Source of the DNA: Selaginella moellendorffii
Lineage: Eukaryota > Plantae > Lycopodiophyta
Assembly: GCF_000143415.4 (NCBI RefSeq)
Contig: NW_003314291.1
Coordinates: 1,406,517-1,470,516, forward strand
DNA: 64,000 nucleotides
Reading direction: 5' to 3'
Shown here one piece after another: positions 37,161-49,121 of the stretch; position 1 is the stretch's first letter; each line of letters begins with the position of its first letter. A program made the position numbers and the translations under genes. The notes beneath the pieces are model-generated. The model did no database searches, had not been told where the DNA came from, and worked only from the letters and a program-made list of their open reading frames with translations.

Positions 37161-40100
37161 TAAAACCCTACGTTTCAGGTTTTATTGTCGAATTTTCAGA
37201 AGTACTTGTATGGCAAAGAGTCATCGAGCCTCGCTTATCCTACTAAGGTTTGCAAGAAAATGCAGCGACTGGGATATTTCTTTAGACGTGTGGTCTGCAA
37301 ACCTCTTCGTGCCTCCACTGGTGAACCACCGGTCGTGCTGTGAAAAGTAGATGTAATTCTCTCGATGATGTCCATAGCTTGGGAGGTGATGTCGTCCACC
37401 TCTTGAGGTGTGTGTGTGAAGCACGAAGGATTCTAAAAGACAATCCCCTCAAACCCAATGTATCTCTTGGCTTCCCATGAAGAGTAATGATCATGGAAAT
37501 GGTGTACCTGTTGATCTCTGGTGCCATTGAGACTGTGGCTTGCTTGGCCGCCTACTCGGCCAGAACAAGAAATCACACTTTGCAGCAACTGGGACATGCC
37601 TAGTCACCATCTTGGGCAGGACGCAGTTATTTAAGGCAATCTCAAAAGCTTTCCATATTCATTCCCATTCATGGCCGCCAACCCAGTTACCACATAAACA
37701 TGTGATCTCACGAGCCGCCATCGCCGAATCGCGCCCGCGGGCATGAGCAGCACTCCGGATTTGAATCATAGGGCTCCAATGGATGCTAGCGGTGCGAGCG
37801 AAGTCCTGACGAGTAGAGCACAGTTTGGTGTTTGCTCTGTGGTCCAAGCTCTAGAAATAGAGCAGAAAGAGGCATTCAATTCACACACATTCACCCAATG
37901 TTCTCTTTCTTTGATGTAAGAATTTGATCACCACCACCACCCCAACTAACACTCTCATACACTGAAAAAACATATACACTTTCTTCTTGTGGCTTGATCA
38001 ATCAAACAATCGTCTAAAAAAATTCGATAAAAAATTCCCAAGTTTTTGCTTTCCTTGGTTTTGGTTTGATTTACTCGGAACTTCTCATGCCCATCAGAAA
38101 ACTAGCGATGCTTCCCCGGATTGACTGCCCTTGGTTATGACAAGCGCAGTGTGGCAAATCGTTCTCAGGAGGTTGCCGGATCCTCTATCCAGTGCGTACT
38201 CCCACTTGTGGTTCTTGTGGCTGGAAATGTGGTGTGATCGGGGAGAAAATGATGGCAAAGCCCTAGTAGTCGATTAGTTTCCTAAAGTTGCTAATGTGCC
38301 GGGAACCTAGATTTGCTAGAAGCTGATGGAAATCCAGCCAAAGCAAGCCAAAGACGGTTCAAAGTATTTGACGGTGCAACCCCGCCACATCATTCGCTCA
38401 TAATTGTGATGCGATCCAGTCAGGAAGAGAGTCCCGTGATCGCGCGCAATGGATTCCGAGCTCCAGAGAGCATTGTTCTTTCTTCTTATAACCAAACACG
38501 CAGAATAGTAACGCTTTGATTTCAGAAAGAAAAACAAGAACACCATGCCGCAAAACCTGTTCAAATTTAGAAGTTTGCCGTGCCAAAACTTCGCTTCAAA
38601 GTAAGAAATAAGGAAACCGCACGGCTGTCTTAACTTGAGGGAGTGATCATTCCTCCAAAGACGGGAGTCCTCGGAAGGCACAAAGGCATCTTGCGAGTTG
38701 CGCTCCCATGAATTTGACCTCCTTCCTGGCACACGGGCAACAGGATTGAAGATCCTCCTGCGAGTTCCAGCATATAAGTAATAGCGCTAGCAATGTGTTG
38801 GGAACCTCTCACGGCTCATCGGGAAGATCTTGTGCTTCTGGTGACCCGGAAGACGATAGCGCCGCCGAAAGCTTCACTTTTCTTCCGCGGCTCATTCGTG
38901 CGTGAACCATCTTCTTGGAGCCGACTTATCCTCCACCAGATCAACATCTTCAAGCAACACTGGTCGCTGTTCCAAGATTTTACCCACAAGTGTGTGCTTT
39001 TTCCTTTTCGTTACTGTAACTTCATGACATCCTTGCATGTGTCGTGAAGGTGGGTGCTACACCTCATGAATAAGATCAACTTGTCTTGCCGGTTCCTTTC
39101 CGTCCAGGGGTCCCTAAGCCACCGCTTGCTGGTGCTCGGGCGCGTCCTCTGCGAGCTACGGGCTGGAGCTGGAAGAAGAGGTACTCAATTGACTCAAGAA
39201 ATTACGTACTGACGAGCCATTGCACAATGAAGAAGGTAGAAAGAAGAAACGAAGAGGAAAGGAGGTAGTAAAGGATGCTTCTTGCCATGACATATCAAGA
39301 AAAAACATTTATTCAGGTTTCAAGCTATGTTTCGTTCTTTGTCCTTGGGACTAGGCATTGCATTCTCCTCATGGATCAAAATTGCTCCCAAAGTCGAAGA
39401 GGAAAAAAAACACGAAGAAGTCAGCCAAGATAAGAGATTTGCAACGCGGGAGGAGCTAGACAAAGGAAGCTCTCGCGTTGAGAATTTTGCAGCTATGTCG
39501 GGTTTAAGGTGGGATGTTTCTTTTCGCTCAAATATTCAGAAATGGATTTTGCAGGTGCTTTCTTTCCAAGAGGCTCAAGATGAACTGAATGTGAAGTTGG
39601 TGCAAGTAAGAAACGTTGTCAAGGATTTTCTCTATGTACTCGGAGGATTCGCAAATGTAACGGGGAGGCCAAGCGTTTGTTTGATTTCCCCCTGCTCTAG
39701 TAAGTGGACAAGCTCATTCTTTCTGTTTCAACAGTCGTAACTTGAACTCACGATTCCATTGCCATGCAATCGATGGTAGCTCAGTTTGTTTCTTAGAAGA
39801 CCTCGCCGATAAGGGCGGGGGGGGAGGGGGGACATTGATCAACACACGGCTGCAATCTTTTGAGAGTTGGGGTTCTCTCATTCCCGCCGCCTGCCTGATC
39901 ACGTTGCAGCCATGGCGGATTTGAAGGCGATGGATGGCTTCATGTCATGGGCACGGACGTTCGGGAGAGCTTGAGACTGCTCGAATGTGTATCGTTAAAT
40001 TTAGTTTCATCTTTGCACTAGAACCCTATTGGGGCGGCCGCATTGATCATTGATCATTTGCCACCGTCCGTTCTTGCTTGTGGCAGATCGTCTTTGGAAC

Positions 40101-40331
40101 TGTGCTTTCGTTTGGCTTGAGCTTATCTGTTCAGGCATGGATGCGATCGTGCTGGAAATTGATATTGAAAGCATCCAAGCTTGTTGGCTTGCTCTTTCGT
40201 TTCTACCTCGCATTTGCCAGTAGTAAGATCTTTTCCTTTTTATGGTTGCTTTTTTTTTGGTCTCGTTGGACATATATGTGAGGAATCATGCCAGGGGTTG
40301 TGCGAATATCCATACGAGGGCAGTAGGAACA

Positions 40332-42907
40332 ATGAGCCGTCCATTGGTTGCTTGTTGTTTCCTCCTCATTTTGCTGCAACTTTGTGGATCGAGCTTCCAG
40401 CACAGGCACGTCCTCTCTCGTTTGAGAACTGACCGCGCTTTGATTGGTCTCAATGAGTCTGCCTCCGTCCAAGTTTATCCTCAGCTGCTCGGACTTAAGG
40501 TACAATGTTTTCTTCCAGTTTATATGTTGTAATTGGCCTTCGATTCTTCAGTGGGGGTATGTGGGATATGTCACTGTGAAATACCAAAGGTCTTTTGGAG
40601 CCAGCAATGACGATTGGATTGGTGTTTTCTCGCCATCAAAGTTCAAGTATGTGGTAACACAGGAGCTCTCGAGCAGAATTATCTTTCTCGTGTGTGATGT
40701 GTGCAGCGCGTCGGCTTGCTTGGACGATTATAATGGTCCAAATAGGGAATATCCTCCGAATTTGTGCACTGCTCCCATCAAGGTACTCATTTCGTTCTAT
40801 TGTATTCTACTCGATTGTTTTCTATATTTTTCTTGTTCTCGTGGAAGGTCTTTTCTTCCATTGTAATGCCTCTTTGCTTTTGGAGTCTCTTCTAGCTTTG
40901 CTTGTTTGTGCGTGCAGTTCCAAAATGCTTCCGCTTCACCCGACTACGTCAGCACTGGCATTGGACAAATCGCGTTCCGTCTTATCAACCAACGCTCTGA
41001 TTTTGTGTTCGCTCTGTTCACTGGCGTTCGTACTGTAAGACGCTTTCACCGTAACTTCTTTCACATTCTCACGTTGTTTTTTGGATGGCAGCCGGTGCTC
41101 ATTGCTGTGTCCAGCCCAGTCACCTTTGCGCACTTAAAGATGCCTTTATACCCAAGACTAGCTCAAGGACAATCTTGGAATGAGGTATTGTTACTGTCAA
41201 CAATTATTTAGCATATGCTTATGCTTATAGTTCAGATGACTGTAACGTGGACTAGTGGTTATCGAACCAGCGAAGCGATTCCGTTCGTTTCGTATGAGGT
41301 TGCGGATCACATTGCACTTCACAAGATTCCGTCATTCTCTCCGGCTAGCACGCTTTCATTGTCTCGTGGAGACATGTGTGGTCTGTAGTTTTTTAAAGTT
41401 TTGTGTGTAATATTGGAAAACTTTTCTTCAGGACCTCCAGCGTCCACTGTTGGCTGGCGTGATCCCGGCCAAATTCATACTGGATCAATGAAGGATTTAT
41501 TGCCCAACACAAGGTAAATCACCATCTCCAATGCAATGTTTATTTATTTGATCTCTGCAATACTTATTCAGATATAGCTATCGCGTTGGTCATAAGTTAT
41601 CAGATAACTCGGTCGTGATGAGTCCGATTAAATATTTTAAATCTCCCCCATTTCCTGGTGAAGAGTCGTTGCAACGGGTTGTCATCTTTGGAGATTTGGG
41701 AAAGGTACCTCAAAGGCGGCTATATGTTTTTTTTCTCTTTTTTTATCTAACAGCTACATCGATCAAACAGCACGAAAGAGATGGATCAATGATGTACGAT
41801 GATTTCCAGTTTGGCTCACTGAACACAACCGACACGATCACAAAAGAAATAGACAACATTGACATTATTTTCCACATTGGAGACTTATCCTATGCAACGG
41901 GGTATATTTCTCAATGGGATCAGTTCACGGAACAGATTGAAGGAATGACTTCACGTGTCCCTTATATGACGGCCAGGTATACTATACAGGAAAAAAAACT
42001 ATAAGGTTACAATTATGCCTTTGCAGTGGAAATCATGAACGGGATTGGCCTAACTCTGGTTCCTATTATAACACAACGGACTCCGGAGGCGAGTGTGGGG
42101 TGCTTTCATCAACTGTGTTCAACATGCCTGTCAAGAACAGGGAAAAGTTCTGGTATGTTGTCTATAGGGAACGAATAGGATTTTGTAATCATAGGAAAAG
42201 TTCTAGTATGTCATAGGAAGTATTTTTTTTTGCAGGTATTCGACGGATTACGGGCTTTTACACTTCTGCATTGCTGACTCGGAGCACGACTGGCGCAAAG
42301 GAAGCGAGCAGTACAAGTGGATCGAAGAATGCCTTGCTAGCGCGGACAGGCAAAAGCAGCCATGGTTGATATTCATCGCTCACCGCGTCCTTGGCTACTC
42401 TTCGTGGTACGTAGCCAGCGAGAACACTACTGCGGAGCCATTTAGCAGGGAAAGCCTGCAAGGTTTGTGGCAAAAGTACAAGGTGGACATCGCCTTCTAC
42501 GGCCACGTCCACAACTACGAGCGATCCTGTCCAGTTTATGACGTGAGTATGAGCTCTTTCTCTACTTGTTTGGAAGAACTATCTGTTATTTGCAGGAGGT
42601 GTGCGTTAGCAATGAGACCAATGTTTACTCTGGGAAATTCAATGCAACGATTCACGTAGTCGCGGGAGGTGCTGGGGCTTCGCTCACGCCGTTCCCGTCA
42701 CCAACGCCGGCATGGAGCATGAAGCGTGACTATGACTATGGTTACACAAAGATCACGGCGTTCAATCGATCATCGCTGCTGTTCGAGTACAAGAAGAGTT
42801 CGGACGGCCAAGTTTACGACAGTTTCTGGATCCACAGGGAATTCAAAGACGTGCTCGGCTGTGACGCTGAAAACGTGTTTTGTCCTCAAGTGACATCCGC
42901 GATTTAA
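40332..42907 (+). CDS. Purple acid phosphatase / nucleotide pyrophosphatase-phosphodiesterase (PAP1/24/27 type), multi-exon
   Basis: Signal peptide, DWIGVFSP, LCTAPIK, FRLINQR, YPRLAQG; metal motifs GDLG, GDLSY, GNHE, AHR, GHVHNYER. Confidence 0.95.
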
Positions 42908-45900
42908 TAGAGATACTTCTTCCTTATTATTTCATTCTTGTTTCACGAGTTTCTTCTTATCAATGACTCTTCTCCTTGAGGTCCAGGGTTTGTGCACTTT
43001 CTTGTACATACAAAGCTCCACAATTGTGGGTTGAGTCGAGGAGATGACATAGCTGCATGAATGGCATGAAGTTTCCTGCATGCACATGGCATGTTCCATG
43101 TAAATATTGTAATTCATACGTTTCGATTGCTTATATAGCAATTCAAAAGTGATTGGGTGATTGGGTTCATAATATTTTTGTGTGCATATTTATTAGTGTA
43201 AATCCCCATAGCTAATGTTGGTTTAACACAAAATCAATGAATTATAATCATTGATGCAATTGGTAGATTTAGGTACTTGCAATGCTAACAATTTTTTTAT
43301 GAGAATTTCTCATGCTCTGAGACATTATTACACTCTCATTGTAACTATAATACAGTAAACTAGACATTGAAGTTGCTTAGTAGCACCGGACATGTCACTG
43401 AACATGGAAGACATCTTCCTCGACCTCCAAAGGAGAGAAGAGACTCAGAGATAGAACCAAAATTTCTCTATAACTTTGTTTCTTATTTGGCTACATGAAA
43501 GAAGAACAAATGCATCAGGCTTCTTGTTTTCTTCCTCTGCCACACGGTCTTCCCTCTTTCGAGTTCTGAGCTTGTGCTCCTAGTTGGGTGCTCATGATCT
43601 AAAACATGTAATAATAATGCATAAGCAATTTGCCTAGCGAATGCTGGGTAGTGAGCAACAATATTCCTTTGTGGTAGAATATGCTTACAAGACTGTGCCA
43701 CCCAATTGCTCATGCTAATTGAAATTGAAATTGCACTGGTCACCCAAAAGGGAAAAGAAGGAAAAATAAAATTGCTTACTACCATCTGTAACAAGCAGCT
43801 CCACGTTGAGCTCTTGGCACTCATGACAAACTCCAGGAGGCAAGCTAGTTACTCTAATGAAGTTATTTGAATGATGTTCACTTTATCATTGTCAATTTGA
43901 ATTCTAGAGTTTGTTTGAGTCTTAGAAAACACTAACTTCTGCACAAAATTCAGCTCTCTAGCATCCGACTTCTAGCATTACCTCATATCTACTACTTCCA
44001 CTCGTCACCTTCAAAATCCTCATCTTGGACATGCCCATCTCGCATGCACAGCACTGCACGAGTTGAGTGCATGCACCTTGCCCTCTGGTGTGACCAGAAG
44101 TGATGGTGGGGCACAAGGAAATTTTATTCCTCAAAAAATTTATTCTTTTCGATTTCATTGTGTTGTCCCATTTTGTTTTTGGCTTTCTTTCTAGGTCCAA
44201 TGAGCATCATCACCACAGCCATTTGGATCATCCAACCTGGTCCAGGCTAGTAGCTTTGATCCCTAGACTTGGCCCTTGATTTTTTTCATTCCAATAAGTT
44301 TATGCAACAAAAATAATAATTGACTCTTTAAAATGATTAAAGAGTTGCATAATTATTTTACGAAATTAAACAATTTGCTATGTATTGCATGTAGCAATGC
44401 TTGGTTGGCTTAATAGTAGTATTATTTCTATTTATTAATCCAATTGATCAAATATAGTTTATAATTATAAGCATGTTTGTAATTTATAAACACAAGATTA
44501 ATCTTATTGCATATCAAACATATACTAGAAAGGGATTAAGAAAGTTTATAAATTATAAACGTGTTTATAAATTATAAATATAAGATTAATCTCAATGAAT
44601 AACAGCTGTTAGATGGGAGAATATCCTAAAATATCCAAGAATATTTTAGGTATATCCACTCCCCTAAGCAAACCAAAAACTTAAAATGAATTTATTTAAA
44701 ACATTAAAGTAATTGTTTTTAGCTGCTCCATCTTGTACAAAGTGATATACAAATAGCATAGGGAAGAAAAAGAAAAATAAGAAAGAGAAAATGTGACTAG
44801 ATATGTAATCAGTAAAAGAAAACTAGTGCTCTCTATAGGTCATCATTTGGCATGAAGGAAACAACAGTAAGGTAGAAACAGTAAATGACATTTATAGGTA
44901 AAAGCATGAAATGAGTAGAAAGTGGGACATTTTTTGCCCTTAGTATCTTACTTTTTTAGTAGTAGATAAGGTAATTGGATTGTTGATTTGGTACATGTGT
45001 CACTTTATGGGCCAAAATCTTAGCTATTGGCCCAACAAATCTCATAGTTTAGGCCAAAGTTTTGTTGTACTTCTCCAAGAATTGCTATGCTGTTGAATGG
45101 TTGCCTCCCATGATGGTGAGCAGTAGTGCTGATTGAAAGCATGTGTGGTAGCTCAATAAGCATTGCAATTGTGACAATATTAAGGTTATGGAGCTATCAC
45201 TTGGTGCAAAGTGAAGAATTGCCAAATGCATAGCTCATGTGTTCAAGAACTCCACCTCTATGCTTTCTCTTGGTACTCAATATGAGATTCTTGTCTTGGT
45301 TATACACACACACTCTACCTTTGCCATGTTGATATCATTAGAAGCTTTTTTTTCATTCATCAGCAAAATTTTTAAGGAGTTTTGTTTTTTTCTTTATGCA
45401 TAGGGCTTACTAAGAATGATCTCAAATCTCTGCAAGGAGATGGTTGAAAACATCTCAACCACTTTTGACCTAAATAAGAGGTGAGTTTTGAAAATCAGCT
45501 ATGAGCTTTGGTTTCTTCACTTATTGGTTGTTAGGTGCCAACTTTGACCATGTGTTCACCGTTGAGCTCAAGGGTATATTAAGGTAGGATAAGGAACTTA
45601 ACTTACCCTAAGGCTCATAATGGAGCAGCAACACATTGGAGCTTTTAAGGTAGCTTGGGGGTGGTTGGGTGGTGAGGAACCTTAAAAAAAGGTGTAGTAT
45701 AGTTTAGGGAGATTAGATTTTTGTCATTTCATGTCGGATCATAACATTTGTCTTAGAGGAGTTGGTTGTGATGGCTGACCAAGATGAACACTAGAATTCT
45801 ATTGTCGATGGTGGTGCCAATAATGGTGCCAATGGAGTTGCAAAGGTTTAGATCATTCAAGATGTTGTTTATGAGTTGTGAACCCTCAGCAAGAGATGTA

Positions 45901-47076
45901 GGATGAGATGCATGGTATGATGGATACCATGTATAAGCATATTGAGGCATTCGAGGCTGGACATGGTGGAGCTCCAAATAAAACTTCCTTAATAGATTGA
46001 TTCAAGATTTCAACCTTTTCTAGTGATGGTGGTGTGGATGAGTGTTTAACTTGGCTAGCTAATGTAAAGAAGTTCTTGGTTGCTAAAGGAATTCCATATA
46101 TAAAGGCTATTCCAATGGTTTTGTGTGATGTGAGTCTTTGGTGGTGGAATTAACTTGAGGAGTTTTGTGTTGCAAATAAAAAAACCACCAATGTCTACCA
46201 TGGATGAATTTAAAGTTGCTTTTTGTTTATGGTTTGTCCCTCACTATGACATGGAGAATGCTCGCATAAAACTTTGATATTTTTAACAAGGGAAAATGAC
46301 ATTCAGGGACTATAGTGAGAAGTTTACTTACTTGATTAGCCGTGTTCTAATGAAGGATCCAGATCAAAATAAATTCTACTTCATTGATAGCCTTCATAGT
46401 GAGAGCATGTGGCAACACTTGCATCATTCTTAGCCTACATAGAATTTAGAGGAGCTCTTTAATGCAGCTCATCAACTTGATAATGATAAACACAAGTCTC
46501 ACAAGCATTCAAGGAGTTCTTCTATCAAGAATCATCATGATGATCACAGTGGAAACAAGGATGGGAACAAACATCACAAGCTAAAGATTGTGGTAACTAC
46601 TTTGGATACAAAAGGGTCAAAGAAGTAGAAGTTCTTTATAAAGAATTATAAAAAAGGTTGTCATCATTGTAGTGAGTTTGGACACTACAAAATTGATTGT
46701 CCACAGTTGAAAAATATGTAACAAAGTAAAAAGAATGGCCAATCTTTTATTAACGGTAAGTTAGATATTAAAAAGTTGCAAACTTTGCAATGTGAGGATG
46801 ACAAAGATGATCGTTTAGGTTGGAGGAAGAGGTTTTCAATTGTTGCTCGTCAACTCAACTATGTGTGGAACAAGATGGAGCTCGAGGATACTCATGCATC
46901 AGCTTTAATATATGGCAGTCCAATATAGATTTTACTGGATAGTGGGAGTGATAATAACTTTGTCTTGGCAAAGTTTGTTGAGGAAATAAGGAGTTTATAA
47001 GGAACCAGCTCCTCGAGGTGTTGTAAACTAAAGGATCCCTGAAACCATGACTGGAATGATAAAGAGTTCATCAGAT

Positions 47077-47300
47077 GAGACTGAGTCCGAGATGGAGTTC
47101 GAGACCAATTTCGAGACTGAGTTCAAGACTGAGTTCGAGATCAAGTCAGAGACTGACTCCAAGACCGAGTTTGAGACCAAGTCCAAGACTGAGTTCAAGA
47201 CCAAGTCTAAGATATGAGATTGGGTCCGAGACTAAGTCTAAGATCAAGTTCGAGAGCAAATAAGAGGTCAAGTCCAAGATCGAGTCTGAGACTGAGTCCA
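47077..47300 (+). repeat. 12-bp minisatellite (GAGACYRAGTYC-like), about 18 units
   Basis: Units such as GAGACTGAGTCC, GAGACCAAGTCC and AAGACTGAGTTC; flanked by ACTAAAGGATCCC at ~47027 and ~47304. Confidence 0.9.
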
Positions 47301-48501
47301 AATACTAAAGGATCCCATGATCAAGTCTTGTTGTATAAGGCTTGGTGTGCTTGGCTGCTTATGCATGTGGGGAGTGTAGATGAATATTAAGTTCAGTTTA
47401 ACTCAGGGAGGCTGATTAGGAGAGAAATTAGGAATCTGTGGATAAATGGTTAACACTCTATTGCTCGTGCAGTGAGTAGTTAAAACTAAATAGGACCAAG
47501 TAAGAGCTGGTATAATAGATGGGAATTTTAATGAGGGAACTTAACTAAAGCCAAGGTAGTGGTGGTTGAATAGACGAGATAAGCTGACAAATTAAAAAGG
47601 AAAAATTTGTGGCTTACAGAATTCTTTTATATATAGTGAGAGGTGCAACTACCCCTACTTAGTATTTTGATGCTTGTGTATAGGGGCTGGAAGTGTTGGA
47701 TGGCAAAACCACACTTGTAGAGACTTTTTTTTCCATAGATATTCATTGTGTGGATCTCATTTTTGGGATGCTATGATTAGTGAAGGTGGATCTAGAGATA
47801 AAGTGGCATATTAAGTATGTTTCGCTAAAGTATAGTGGCATTAAAAATGTGTGGCTTGGAGAGGGAATTCAACCTTCAGTTATTATGCTTTCCACTACAT
47901 CTTTGAAACAGGTTTGTTGTTATAGAAAAGCATTTTCAAGTTACTTCTTGTTTGTTCGTGACTTGGGGAACCAAGACATATATGGGGAAGAGGTAGTAGT
48001 ACAAGCTATACTAAAAGAGTTTTTTTTTATGTTTTTCCACTTGAACTTCTTCATAAGTTGCCTCTATTACAAGGTGTGGAGCATGGGATTATGTTGGAGC
48101 TAGAGATGGGGCCAATTTACTGGTGTCCATTTCGGTTGAGTTCTATTGAAGAGCAAGAAGTTCAATGACAAGTTAAAGAGTTACTTAAGTTTAGATTTAT
48201 TTAGCCAAGTAATTCTCCATTTGATGCTTTAGTCTTGCTTGTGAAGAAGCAGGACAATTCAATGTAGATGTGTATTGACTACTGTGCCTTAAACAAGAAG
48301 ATAGTGAAGGATAAGATGTTGATGCCAAGTGTGGATGATATCTTAAATAAGCTTGATGAAACACAAGTGTTTACTAATATTGATACGAGGAGTGGATATT
48401 ATCAAATTGCAATGGATGATGCATTTATCTCCAAGCGGCATTTAACATAAGCTTTAGGCATTTTAAGTTTATAGTTATGCCATTTGGTTTGATGAATACA
48501 C

Positions 48502-49121
48502 TATAAACAACTAAAGGGAACGACTCGAGAGACGATTCATAGGGGTTCAAATACAAAGGGAAAGGGCCTATGAACAAAAGTGCACCCCCTTTTCTAATCG
48601 GTTAAGAGTTTTGGGATACTTGGGGTTAAGCATCTTTGGGTTTGAATCATGCTAGGTTGGGTGACTTTTCAGGAAGTCCAAACTCAGGAGTTTACATTTG
48701 GTATCAGAGGGGTCTCGAGTTTGATTCTATTGGTTAGGGGAATCACACCACATGTTGATTGACATTTGTTAGGTCCAACTTTCTCCTGCTGGGCTTGACC
48801 CGAGGGGTAGAGTGTTAAAAGAGTGGGGCTCTCAGAAGAACTGTGGCTTTTAGCTTCCATTCACGAGGGCGTGAACTTCCCTGCTTCATTCACGAGGGCG
48901 TGAACTTACAGGGAAGCGTGGTAGATTTTAAGCAACCAAAGGGAATGACTTAAGAGATGATTCATAAGGGTTTAAATATAGAAGAAAAGGACTTATGAAC
49001 AAAAGTGCACTCCTTTTTCCAATCAGTTAAGGGTCTTTGGATTTTTAGAGTTTAGCGTCCTTAGGTTTGAATAATATTGGGCTGGGTGACCTCTTGGGAA
49101 GTCCAAACTTAGGAGCTTATA
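48502..49121 (+). mobile_element. Cassandra-type TRIM (non-autonomous LTR element with 5S rRNA-like LTR core)
   Basis: Two 195-bp direct repeats (48502-48696, 48927-49121), PBS TGGTATCAGAG at 48699, purine tract before LTR2, TSD TACAC/TGCAC, and a 5S-like segment in each LTR. Confidence 0.88.

Noticed and set aside
39327-39740. 137-aa ORF as a standalone gene
   Set aside because: No recognisable motifs, and it lies in the decayed accessory block, so it cannot be supported
47075-47263. RS/RP-rich ORF or CRISPR-like array
   Set aside because: Translation of a 12-bp minisatellite; no unique spacers; eukaryotic context
48625-49104. True 5S rRNA genes
   Set aside because: Only the internal promoter region is present, and it is embedded in LTRs
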